A stretch of 64,000 bases of DNA from positions 736,001-800,000 of the forward strand of contig CALSNU010000001.1 of NCBI GenBank assembly GCA_943787795.1. The letters are read 5' to 3'. The stretch's first letter is position 1. Each line of letters starts with the position of its first letter. The DNA is from an uncultured bacterium (lineage in GTDB: Bacteria > Planctomycetota > UBA1135 > GCA-002686595). A model generated the notes under the pieces. It was not told the origin of the DNA, searched no databases, and saw only the letters and a program-made list of their open reading frames with translations. Shown here piece after piece: positions 1 to 9,006 of this stretch. The position numbers and the translations under genes are program-made.

Positions 1-11
1 CCAACCCAAGG

Positions 12-45
12 CGAGGGCCGGCATCCGAGAGGAGGCCGGCCCTCG
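12..45. terminator. GC-rich hairpin with GAGA tetraloop (terminator- or REP-like)
   Basis: cgagggccggc(12-22) pairs with gccggccctcg(35-45); inner tcc/gga; loop gaga(27-30); no strong U tract. Confidence 0.45.
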
Positions 46-113
46 GTCGTTATGGGATTCGACCCGCCGCGGGAGAGCTCGTCGGGGAGCAACCTCGCTA
101 TCCTCTCCGGCCC

Positions 114-1736
114 ATGATCGCCCTATCCAACGTCTCCAAGCACTTCGGTCGCCAGGCTCTCCTCACGAGTGCCTCCTGCCAACTCGACCCCGGTGACAAG
201 GTCGGGCTTGTCGGCCCCAACGGGTCGGGGAAATCGACGATGTTCCGGCTCATCGTGGGGGAGGAGCGGCCGGACGCAGGGGAGGTGACGGTCCCCAAGC
301 ACCTGAGCATTGGCTACTTCAGGCAGGACGCGGCGGAGGCGACTGACCGTACGGTGCTCGACGAGGCCATCACTGGGAGCGGCCGTCTCGGCGCCTTGCA
401 CGCCGAGGTCGGGGCCCTCGAGGAGGCGATGGCGGACCCTGATCAGGCGGAGCGCATGGACGAGATCCTCGAGCGCTTCGGGGAGATACAGGGCGAGTAT
501 GCCCAGCTCGGCGGGTACGAGCTGGAATCCACGGCGCAGGAGGTCTTGAACGGCCTTGGGTTTCGGCCCGAGCAGATCTCCGGTCCCTTCGCTGCGCTCT
601 CCGGGGGCTGGCGCATGCGCGTGTCCATCGCGCAGGTGCTGATCGGCAAGCCCGATGTGCTGCTGCTGGACGAGCCCACCAACCACCTCGACATCGAGTC
701 GATCCTCTGGCTCGAGAGGTTCCTGCAGGCCAGCGATGCGACGCTCTTGATGACCTGCCACGACCGCGACTTCATGAACCGGGTCGTCGGCCGGATCATT
801 GAGATCGACGCCGGCGAGCTCGTCCAGTACTCGGGGAACTACGACTTCTACGACCGCGAGAGGCTCGTTCGAGCGCAGCAGCAGGACGCGGCGTTCAGCC
901 GGCAGCAGGCCATGCTGAAGAAGGAGGAGCGCTTCATCGAGCGCTTCGATAAGAACGCCGCGAAGGCGGCGCAGGTGCAGTCGCGGGTCAAGAAGCTGGA
1001 GAAGATCGAGAAGCTCGAGCCGCCCAAGAAGAGAGTCCTGGTCCCCTTCCGCGTGGGCACGCCGCCGCGCTCAGGCAATGACGTGGCGACCCTGCAAGGC
1101 GTGCACAAGAGCTACGGCGACCACACGGTCTACGACGGCCTGGATCTCGAGGTGAAGCGCGGGGAGCGCTGGTGCGTGATGGGCGCCAACGGCGCCGGGA
1201 AGTCCACGCTCCTCAAGCTCCTGGCGCGGGTCATCGAGGCCGAGGCCGGGAGCGTGCGTCTGGGCGCGTCGCTGAAGATGGGCTACTTCGCTCAATCCGC
1301 GCTGGAGGTCCTGGATCCGGCGCTCACGGTCTGGGAGCAGATCGACGGGGCCTTTCCGGCGGCGACGACGCCGTCGAAGCGCAACCTCCTGGGGTGCTTT
1401 GACTTCCCTGGGGACGAGATCGAGAAGCCCATTCGCGTGCTCTCGGGCGGCGAGCGTTCCCGGCTCGTGCTGGCGCAGATGCTCTTCGACCCGCCCAACT
1501 TCCTCGTGTTGGACGAGCCCACCAACCACCTCGACCTCGCGACCAAGGAGATGCTGGTGGAGACGCTCTCCAAGTTTGACGGCACGATGATCTTCGTCAG
1601 CCACGACCGGACCTTCTTGCGTGGGCTGGCCAACCGGGTGCTCGACCTCTCCGACGGCCACGCCAAGGTGTACCCCGGCGACTACGCGGAATGGGTCGAG
1701 CGTACCGGGGAAGAGGCGCCTGGTGTCCACGCCTGA
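114..1736 (+). CDS. ABC-F family ATP-binding protein
   Basis: Two ABC cassettes (GPNGSGKS/LSGGW/LLLDEPTNHLD; GANGAGKS/LSGGE/LVLDEPTNHLD), helical linker, no TM segments. Confidence 0.95.
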   Translation: MIALSNVSKHFGRQALLTSASCQLDPGDKVGLVGPNGSGKSTMFRLIVGEERPDAGEVTVPKHLSIGYFRQDAAEATDRTVLDEAITGSGRLGALHAEVGALEEAMADPDQAERMDEILERFGEIQGEYAQLGGYELESTAQEVLNGLGFRPEQISGPFAALSGGWRMRVSIAQVLIGKPDVLLLDEPTNHLDIESILWLERFLQASDATLLMTCHDRDFMNRVVGRIIEIDAGELVQYSGNYDFYDRERLVRAQQQDAAFSRQQAMLKKEERFIERFDKNAAKAAQVQSRVKKLEKIEKLEPPKKRVLVPFRVGTPPRSGNDVATLQGVHKSYGDHTVYDGLDLEVKRGERWCVMGANGAGKSTLLKLLARVIEAEAGSVRLGASLKMGYFAQSALEVLDPALTVWEQIDGAFPAATTPSKRNLLGCFDFPGDEIEKPIRVLSGGERSRLVLAQMLFDPPNFLVLDEPTNHLDLATKEMLVETLSKFDGTMIFVSHDRTFLRGLANRVLDLSDGHAKVYPGDYAEWVERTGEEAPGVHA

Positions 1737-1753
1737 GCGGTTGCAGGGATACC

Positions 1754-2704
1754 ATGCCAGCCGTGAAACCCTCGGTCTTCGAAGCCCCCGCCCTCGCTGA
1801 CTACGCGCTGATGGACAGCGGTGAGGGGGAGAAGTTGGAGCGCTTCGGTCCGGTCGTCCTCCGTCGCCCCGACCCGCAGGCGCTCTGGCGCCGTCGACGT
1901 GGAGAGGACCTCTGGTCAGCGGCGGACCTGACGTTCGTCCGGGAGTCGGACCGTGGGGGACGCTGGGAAGCGCGTCGCGGGGCGCCCAAGGAGGCGCGCG
2001 GAGAGCAGCCCCAGTGGCAGGTATCCCACGGCGGGGCGCAGCTCGTGATTCGTCCCACCCCCTTCAAGCACGTGGGGCTCTTTCCCGAGCAGGCCGCGAA
2101 CTGGGCGGCGGTGGAGCGTCTCGGCGCCGAGCTCGACGGCGGGGCGCCGCGGCTCCTCAATCTCTTCGGGTACTCCGGCGCGGCCAGCGTCTTGGCGGCG
2201 AAGGCCGGTTGGGAGGTGACCCACGTGGACGCCTCCAAGGCGTCCATCACCTGGGCCGTGGACAACGCGGAGGCCAGCGGCCTGGGCCGAGGCGGCATGC
2301 GGGTGGTCTGCGAAGACGCGCTCCGCTTTGCCCGACGGGAGGCGCGCCGCGGGTCGACCTATGACGCGATCCTGATGGACCCGCCGCACTACGGCCGTGG
2401 CCCCAAGGGGGAGGTGTGGCGATTGGAGGAACACCTCGCTGAGCTGGTGGAGCTGGCCGGGCAGCTGGCCAACCCCGCCGCCCTGGTGATCCTCAGCACC
2501 TACGCGGTGGGCTACTCACCGCTCGCCTTCGTCAACCTGTTCGGAGGCCTCGATGGTGGCTCTGTCCAGGCGGGAGAGCTCGCGATCCCCGAGGCCACAG
2601 ATGGCTCGGAGCAGAGGCAGGCCACGAGGTGGCTCCCGGCTGGGTTCTGTGCCCGTTGGGCCCGCGGCTGCGCCCACGACCGTGACTCGGCGCGGAGCAC
2701 GTGA
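1754..2704 (+). CDS. Class I SAM-dependent methyltransferase (RlmI/RlmK-like); start may be GTG at 1763
   Basis: YALMDSGEGEKLERFG, FKHVGLFPEQ, LNLFGYSG and DPPHYGRG motifs. Confidence 0.85.
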   Translation: MPAVKPSVFEAPALADYALMDSGEGEKLERFGPVVLRRPDPQALWRRRRGEDLWSAADLTFVRESDRGGRWEARRGAPKEARGEQPQWQVSHGGAQLVIRPTPFKHVGLFPEQAANWAAVERLGAELDGGAPRLLNLFGYSGAASVLAAKAGWEVTHVDASKASITWAVDNAEASGLGRGGMRVVCEDALRFARREARRGSTYDAILMDPPHYGRGPKGEVWRLEEHLAELVELAGQLANPAALVILSTYAVGYSPLAFVNLFGGLDGGSVQAGELAIPEATDGSEQRQATRWLPAGFCARWARGCAHDRDSARST

Positions 2705-3381
2705 TGGACCTCGAGGTCCTTCACTGCTGCAACCACGTGCTCGGCGTCTCCAAGCCTGCGGGGCTCCCGGTGGTCCCTGACGAGAGCGGGGATCCGAGCC
2801 TCTTTGACGGCGCCAAAGCCTACCTCAAGCGCACGTTCGAGAAGCCCGGGGACGTCTTCCTCGGCGTGGTCCATCGCCTCGATCGACCCGTCAGCGGCGT
2901 GGTGTGCTTCGGCCGGACGAGCAAGGGGGCGGCGAGGCTCTCCGAGAGCTTCCGCGCGGGAGTGGCCCACAAGACGTACCTCGCGGTGACCTCCAGGCCG
3001 GTCGGGGCCCACGAGGGCGTCATCGATCACTGGCTCCTGAAGGACACGACCCGCAACACCGTGCGGGTCGTGGAGCCTGGGACGCCCGGCGCGAAGCGGG
3101 CAGAGACGCGCTTCCAGCGGCTGGAAGACAGGCGAGGAGAGAGCCTCGTGCGCCTCACCCCGATCACGGGGCGCTCTCACCAGCTACGGGTGGCCATGGC
3201 CTCCCTTGGAGCCCCCTTGTGCGGGGACCTGCGGTACGGCGCGGCGGAGCCGTTACCGGACCGCAGCGTGGCGTTGCACGCCCTCTCCCTCGAGCTTCCG
3301 CATCCCACGCGTCCCGAGACCGTGGCGCTTCGTGTCGCGCCCCCGCCACTCGATATCTGGCGAGGGTGGCGGGAGCTCTGA
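2701..3381 (+). CDS. RluA-family RNA pseudouridine synthase
   Basis: KPAGL, HRLDRPVSG (catalytic Asp), TGRSHQLR, GDLRYG; overlaps the upstream stop. Confidence 0.93.
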   Translation: MMDLEVLHCCNHVLGVSKPAGLPVVPDESGDPSLFDGAKAYLKRTFEKPGDVFLGVVHRLDRPVSGVVCFGRTSKGAARLSESFRAGVAHKTYLAVTSRPVGAHEGVIDHWLLKDTTRNTVRVVEPGTPGAKRAETRFQRLEDRRGESLVRLTPITGRSHQLRVAMASLGAPLCGDLRYGAAEPLPDRSVALHALSLELPHPTRPETVALRVAPPPLDIWRGWREL

Positions 3382-3948
3382 TCAGCGCCCTGCGAGCTCG
3401 ACGGTCTGCGTGACCACCTGCTGAAGCATGGCCCTGGAGCGTTCGTCCTTCAGGCTCCCATCCTCCTCGAAGGCCTCGTGCGCGCGGCCGAGGCCGAACT
3501 GCGCGGGGACCACCAGGACGCTGATGTTGGAGAGCAGTAGCCTTAGCTGGGGCAGCATGCGGATGCCGCCGAGGGCTCCGGGCGAGGCGGCCAGGAGGCC
3601 GCAGGCCTTGCCGGAGAACGCGGCCAACATGGCCTCGCCTGCAGCTGGCCGCGTCGCCCAATCAATGACGTTCTTTACGAGGGCCGGATACGAGGAGTTG
3701 TACTCGGGTGACGCGATCAGGATTCCGTCGGCGGCCTTGAGGCGCTCCTTGAAGGCGGTCACGTTGTCGGGCGTGCCCTGGGCTTCGAGGTCCTCGTCGA
3801 AAATCGGCATGGGGAGCTCGGCGAGCTCGATGACATCGACCTCCGCACCGGCCTCCTGGGCCATGGCGACCGCCGCGGCGAGGAGCTTGCGGTTCAGCGA
3901 GGCGGAGCGACAGGAGCCGGCGAAGGCGGCGATGCGGGGGGATGACAT
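3382..3948 (-). CDS. NADPH-dependent FMN reductase
   Basis: GSCRSASLN, SPEYNSSYPALVKNVIDW, ASPGALGG. Confidence 0.92.
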   Translation of the reverse strand: MSSPRIAAFAGSCRSASLNRKLLAAAVAMAQEAGAEVDVIELAELPMPIFDEDLEAQGTPDNVTAFKERLKAADGILIASPEYNSSYPALVKNVIDWATRPAAGEAMLAAFSGKACGLLAASPGALGGIRMLPQLRLLLSNISVLVVPAQFGLGRAHEAFEEDGSLKDERSRAMLQQVVTQTVELAGR

Positions 3949-3975
3949 GGGGGATAGGAGGTTGCGTGCCTGGAC

Positions 3976-5331
3976 TCAGTCCTTGGTGATCACGGGGCGC
4001 CGAGCGCGGTCCGGCGGGTCCCAGCGGGGCATGCTATCGAGAACGGCCTGGAGCCGTTGTCGCGAACCGTCTCCATCGCCGTCGATCGGGTGAGTGCCGA
4101 GGGGATCGCGCTCGACATCGACCAGGCGCCCGTCGTGGTGGAGTCGGTAGGTGCCGTCCTGGGCGAAGCGGCCGGGCCGGCCGGGGACGTTCCAGCGCGG
4201 GTCGTAGTGGCAGAAGATCCACTCGCGCGGTTCGTGTGGCTGCCCCAGGAGCCGTGGGAGGAAGCTCACCCCGTCGATCTTCGGAGTCTCTGGGACCGCG
4301 ATTCCTGCGGCCTCACAAAGGGTCGGGAGGAAGTCGGTGAAGTCCACGAGGTCCTTACAGACGGCTGGGGCGGCGCGCTCAGGCCACCACGCGATCATCG
4401 GCACGTGGGTCCCGTGGGTATTCATGCGGGACTTGCCGCCCACGACGTCGAGCCCTTCCGAACCGGCGCCCTCCCAGCGGGTCGTGATCCGACGATCCGT
4501 GCCGTTGTCTCCGACGAAGATCACGAGCGTCTCTCGTCTTCGGCCCTCGCTGGCGGCGGCGTCGAGGACCCGTCCGACGAGCGAGTCCATGTGGCGCACC
4601 ATGGCCGCGAATCTGGCCTGGGCGCCCTCGACGGTCCCATCGACTCCTGGAGGCAGCACGAAGGGCGAGTGGGGCAGGACCATGGGGTAGTAGAGAAAGA
4701 GGGGAGCCTCTCTCTCTTCCTCGAGCAGGGCGACGGCGCGGTCACAGAGGACGTCGGGACCGAAGGTTCCGGGGCGCACCTGAATCTCGCCTCCGCTATC
4801 CAGCTGCGGGTCCGCATAGCGGGAGCCGGGGGGCGAGTCGGTGTTCCACAGGCACCACTCGTCGAAGCCGAGCTGGGCGGGGCGCTGCGGGTCGACGTCG
4901 CCGTAAGTGAGCTGCCACTTGCCCACGATCGCGGTGTCGTAGTCCGCTTCCTGAAAGCGCCTCGCAAACGTGACCTCCGCTGGGTCGAGGAAGCCGAAGC
5001 GCACGTAGTTGCGGAACGAGTAGCGCCCGGTCATGAGCTGGACCCGAGACGGTGTGCACAGGGGCGTGCTATGGCAGCGGGTGAAGCGCACGCCCTCCGC
5101 CGCCATTCGGTCGAGGCGGGGCGTCTCGTACGACTCGCCGCCGTTCACGGCGAGGCACTCAAAGCCCAGGTCGTCCGCGAGGATGAGGACGATGTTGGGG
5201 CGCTCGTCTGTCCCCGAGTCGACGAGCGGCGCCGACGGTGTGGATGTGGGGGCGGATGCGGGGCCCGTCAGCGTGACGCTGGGGGGGAGCGGGGGTGCCT
5301 GGACGGAGAGCCCGATGAGGAGCGCGATCAT
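3976..5331 (-). CDS. Exported sulfatase (formylglycine, Cys-type)
   Basis: RPNIVLILADDLG, CTPSR, GKWQL, GDNG; hydrophobic N-terminus. Confidence 0.92.
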   Translation of the reverse strand: MIALLIGLSVQAPPLPPSVTLTGPASAPTSTPSAPLVDSGTDERPNIVLILADDLGFECLAVNGGESYETPRLDRMAAEGVRFTRCHSTPLCTPSRVQLMTGRYSFRNYVRFGFLDPAEVTFARRFQEADYDTAIVGKWQLTYGDVDPQRPAQLGFDEWCLWNTDSPPGSRYADPQLDSGGEIQVRPGTFGPDVLCDRAVALLEEEREAPLFLYYPMVLPHSPFVLPPGVDGTVEGAQARFAAMVRHMDSLVGRVLDAAASEGRRRETLVIFVGDNGTDRRITTRWEGAGSEGLDVVGGKSRMNTHGTHVPMIAWWPERAAPAVCKDLVDFTDFLPTLCEAAGIAVPETPKIDGVSFLPRLLGQPHEPREWIFCHYDPRWNVPGRPGRFAQDGTYRLHHDGRLVDVERDPLGTHPIDGDGDGSRQRLQAVLDSMPRWDPPDRARRPVITKD

Positions 5332-5348
5332 GTTTGGCCGGGGAAGGC

Positions 5349-6764
5349 TCAGCGCCCCATGGCCTCGAGGTTCTCGCCCACGGGCCGGAAGAAGATCCGG
5401 CCCCGCTCCACTTCGCTCTCGGAGATCTGCTTCACCTCACCCGACAGGGGGTAGAGCGGGCCCCCGTCGAGGACAGCAAGGGCCGCCTCTGCGGTCCTCC
5501 GGGAACGATCCTCGACATCGGCCTTGAGCACCGCCTCCACGAGGCCGCGCTGATCCCTCGCACGCCCCATGGCGAGGGCGAGCACCGCGGCGTCTCGCTC
5601 CTCGGCGAGCGGCCCGGCCAGCGCGACCTTCAGCGCCTTCAGCGCGTCCTTGTTGGGGAGGGTGTACCCGAGGCCGAGCAGGGCGCTGCGCCGGACCAGG
5701 GGGTTGTCGTCCTTGGCGGCGGCCTTGATCACGGTGCGGATGCTCCCCTTGTCGGACCGCCCGCACGCGGCGAGAGCGCGGATCCACTCGGGGCGTGCGC
5801 TCTCATCCTTCTCCGACTTCCAGCCCTTCTTCGCCAGGGTAAGGCCCGCGGCGCTCCCGATCTGTTCGAGAGCCACGGCCGTCCGCAGGCGGCGCGAGGC
5901 GCTCGGGCTACGCGCGGTCTCCATGAGGACCTCGATGAAGTTGGCCGGCGAGATCGTGCCCAGGAGCTCGATCGTGCCATCCACGATCGCACCACCGCCA
6001 CCCCGGCCGCCGCCGAAGTCCCAGAGGCCAATTTGCTTGGTGAGGAAGTCCGAGGCGTCGGGCTCGTCGGTGAACATGATCTGGATCACGTCGGCCTGGT
6101 CGCCCATCCCGATGAAGCGCTTGTTCAGCTTGCCGAGCTTCTCTTCCAGCTCATCCTCCTCGAGCCCCCTCCCGAGCTCATCCTCGTCGATCACCCTGAA
6201 GGACTCGCCCACCAGGAGGCGCCGCGGCGGGTAGGCCTCATTGGGGAGCTCGGGCCGCTCCTCCACCCCCGAACGTCGCAGGGCCTCATCTGTACACCAC
6301 GCCAACTCCTCCGCGGTGAGCTCCCACGGGCAAGACAGGAGCAGCGAGCCATTGGGCCCGAGCCACAGGTGGTGGGGGAGCGCAATGACCCCGTTCGCGT
6401 TCGGTGTGATCCAACGCTCCGTCACCGTCGCGAGGTTGTTCCGGTGGTTGCGCGGCTCGACGCCCTTCATCTTCGGGAGCTTCCTGGACTCGTCCTCGGT
6501 GAACGACCAGGCGGGTACGTTGATCGTCGCCGCGGCGGCCTTCGCGGCGACCTTGTCGGTGTAGACGTCCTCGACGTGCCTGCGGGTTCGGCCCTCCTGG
6601 GCCTCGCCGAGCGCGACCAGGACCACCCGCTGCTCGGCCTCGGCCAGCCCGAGGGCCTTGTCGATCTGGGAGGTCCACTCGACCTTGGAGCCGACGGCGG
6701 GTGACTCGAGCGGTGGAAGCGGCGCGAGATGACCCGACAGGAAGAGGAGGGTGGTCGTGAGCAT
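5349..6764 (-). CDS. Exported HEAT-repeat protein with thioredoxin-like N-terminal region (no CxxC)
   Basis: Signal-like N-terminus, W..IDKALGLAEAEQRVVLV start, C-terminal HEAT-like repeats (DNPLVRRSALLGLG). Confidence 0.6.
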   Translation of the reverse strand: MLTTTLLFLSGHLAPLPPLESPAVGSKVEWTSQIDKALGLAEAEQRVVLVALGEAQEGRTRRHVEDVYTDKVAAKAAAATINVPAWSFTEDESRKLPKMKGVEPRNHRNNLATVTERWITPNANGVIALPHHLWLGPNGSLLLSCPWELTAEELAWCTDEALRRSGVEERPELPNEAYPPRRLLVGESFRVIDEDELGRGLEEDELEEKLGKLNKRFIGMGDQADVIQIMFTDEPDASDFLTKQIGLWDFGGGRGGGGAIVDGTIELLGTISPANFIEVLMETARSPSASRRLRTAVALEQIGSAAGLTLAKKGWKSEKDESARPEWIRALAACGRSDKGSIRTVIKAAAKDDNPLVRRSALLGLGYTLPNKDALKALKVALAGPLAEERDAAVLALAMGRARDQRGLVEAVLKADVEDRSRRTAEAALAVLDGGPLYPLSGEVKQISESEVERGRIFFRPVGENLEAMGR

Positions 6765-6975
6765 GGTGGGTTCGGTCGAGGGCTGGAGTGCTTGTCAGCC
6801 TAGGGCACGGGGCGCGCCGGACGATCACCTCCTCTGGATGCTGAACAGAGGCTCAACAGATGGAGCCCCGGACCGCGTCTGTGAGCCCTGCTGAGGGCAA
6901 TCCCGGGGTCGGGATGTGAGGGCTCAACGCGTCCGGCAATGGTGGGGAGAGGAGAGGGGGGCTACGATCGGACCG

Positions 6976-8184
6976 ATGACGCGGATCCTCGGACTTTGCT
7001 CGGGCGACCCCACCAGTCGCAGGAGCTTCTCCGGGTCGGCGCGCCAACTGTTTCGCGCGCTGGAGCGCCGTGACGTCCTCGAGGGCGCGGTCGACGTGGA
7101 CCTCTCCAGGCTCGGCAGGTTGCTCACCCGCACCGTCGAGGTCGCGCGCTCCCGCCGGATCGCGGCGCATCGGCTCCGGGCACGCTGGGCCCCGATCGAC
7201 ATGGCGCTTCGTTCACGCCGTGCCAGCCGGTGCCTCGAGCGGTCCGGTGCTGACGCCGCGCTGATGTACGGGACCGACTTCTTCCCCGCCACAGGGGGCG
7301 GGCGCGCGGCTGTGCCGGTGGGAGCGGCGCTCGATGCGACCTTCGCGCAGATCGCCCGCGCCGGGGAGCACGACTTCGGGTCCCTCACCCCCCTCGAGGT
7401 GGAGGCGTGCGTGGCGCGGCAACGGAGCGTCTTCGATCGCTGCGAGGTCCTCTTCCCAAGAACGGAGTGGTGCGCGGCCTCCCTCGAGGAGGACTATGGC
7501 ATCGGCGAAGAGCGGCTGGTGGTGACGGGTGCGGGGACGAACTTTGACGGGGACTTGCCGAGCCGAGGGCCGTACGACGGCCGCACCCTGCTGTTCGTCG
7601 GTCGAGATTGGCGGCGCAAGAATGGTCCCCTCGTCCTCGATGCCTTTCGTCTCGCGCGCGAGCGGCGCCCCGAGCTTCGACTGGTCATCATTGGCCCGCC
7701 CGATGTGGGCCAGCGTGAGCCGGGGGTCGAGTGGGTTGGCGCCCTCGACGGAGACCGGCGCGAGGAGCTGGTGGCGCGCTACCGCGAAGCCTCTCTCTAC
7801 CTCTGCCCTTCGCGCTTCGAGCCCTTCGGGGTCGCGTTCCTCGAGGCCATGTCGGCGGGGTGCCCGGTCGTGGCGCTGGACCGCGGCGCGGCGCGTGAGA
7901 TCATCGAGGATGGCGTCACGGGTTCGCTGCTCCGAGACGACGAGCCGGCGGCGCTTGCTGAGGTGATCCTCCGGTGGACCTCCGACCTTGATCGACTCAC
8001 CGCTGCGGGGACCCAGGCCAGGAGGACCGTCGAGAAGAGCTGGGGGTGGGACCGCGCGGCTCGCCGGGTGGAGGAGGGGCTGCTCTCGGTGGGACCCGGG
8101 TTATTGCTCAGGCCGCGGGGGACCGGGATTCGAGGCGGGTCGGCTCCGGTGGAACGACCGGCCTCGGCGGCGCGCGTGCGCTGA
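6976..8184 (+). CDS. Glycosyltransferase family 4
   Basis: LLFVGRDWRRKNG, PSRFEPFGVAFLEAMSAGCPVV; ATG 6976 preceded by TACGAT. Confidence 0.9.
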   Translation: MTRILGLCSGDPTSRRSFSGSARQLFRALERRDVLEGAVDVDLSRLGRLLTRTVEVARSRRIAAHRLRARWAPIDMALRSRRASRCLERSGADAALMYGTDFFPATGGGRAAVPVGAALDATFAQIARAGEHDFGSLTPLEVEACVARQRSVFDRCEVLFPRTEWCAASLEEDYGIGEERLVVTGAGTNFDGDLPSRGPYDGRTLLFVGRDWRRKNGPLVLDAFRLARERRPELRLVIIGPPDVGQREPGVEWVGALDGDRREELVARYREASLYLCPSRFEPFGVAFLEAMSAGCPVVALDRGAAREIIEDGVTGSLLRDDEPAALAEVILRWTSDLDRLTAAGTQARRTVEKSWGWDRAARRVEEGLLSVGPGLLLRPRGTGIRGGSAPVERPASAARVR

Positions 8185-8282
8185 TTACCCCTCGGTAGCG
8201 CGGTGCACGCATGGGAATTCGAGCGCGCAAGAAATAGTCGGGAGCCCCCTTCGATAGCGATGGAGAAGCCCCTGGCTCCCTC

Positions 8283-8345
8283 AGTCTCCTGCTCCCATGA
8301 CACTGTCTCCCGCTCCCACGACACCGTCTCCTGCTCTGATGAAGT
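8283..8345 (+). repeat. 21-bp tandem repeat x3 (degenerate) spanning a gene start
   Basis: agtctcctgctcccatgacac / tgtctcccgctcccacgacac / cgtctcctgctctgatgaagt. Confidence 0.85.
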
Positions 8346-8935
8346 CGCCCTCGCTCTTCCTCCGCCTGCCGGTTGCCCTCGGTCTGTCCGTCCCGCTCCT
8401 CAGCGGCAGCTGCGGGTCGGCGCCCGAGATCGAGCCCGTCCCCAACGGCGCATTCACCTTCGTGGATGGCGGAGAGGCGTCGGGGTTCGAGCGCTACCGG
8501 CTCACGCTGCCTGTTCCCCTCGACCTCGATCGAGCTCAGGTGGTCCGGCATGAGCTGGCGTGGTGTCCCGGCACCGCGATGGTGGGCTACCTGGACCTTG
8601 ACCTTCCGCTGTCCCCCCCCGGTGCGCCGGGGAAGGCGTCGTACCCCTGGGCAGCCACCACCTTCGAGCTTCGGCTCGAGGACGCGACCGGGCGAGCGAT
8701 CTTCAGGGAGAGGGCGCCCCTTGGGGAGTGGACCTGGTCCGGGGCCGTCGGCGGCGCGACAACCTCGCTCTACACCGAGGAGACCTGCTTCGAGCCCACG
8801 GGGGAGGGCCCCTTCACCCTCGTGGCCGAGGTGGTCCCTGCAGCCGAGGGTGCGCCCGCTGGGGTGCTCGGGCTCCGGGGCGGTGGCTGGAAGACGGAGG
8901 GCAAGCCGATGCCCGTGTCCGCGATCTTCCGCTAG
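8339..8935 (+). CDS. Hypothetical lipoprotein (alternative start 8297)
   Basis: Signal peptide ending LLSGSC, coding-like codon bias. Confidence 0.6.
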   Translation: MKSPSLFLRLPVALGLSVPLLSGSCGSAPEIEPVPNGAFTFVDGGEASGFERYRLTLPVPLDLDRAQVVRHELAWCPGTAMVGYLDLDLPLSPPGAPGKASYPWAATTFELRLEDATGRAIFRERAPLGEWTWSGAVGGATTSLYTEETCFEPTGEGPFTLVAEVVPAAEGAPAGVLGLRGGGWKTEGKPMPVSAIFR

Positions 8936-9006
8936 CGGGCCCCCGCCGGAGAATCGGTGCCCCGGGGGAGGTGAGGCGGAGGATCCGGTGTGGGTAGACT
9001 CCAACC

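Noticed and set aside
6885..6930. c-di-GMP-I riboswitch resemblance (AGGGCAA...GGGA.G)
   Set aside because: Lacks the GNRA tetraloop and the downstream receptor stem; kept only as an unassigned structure
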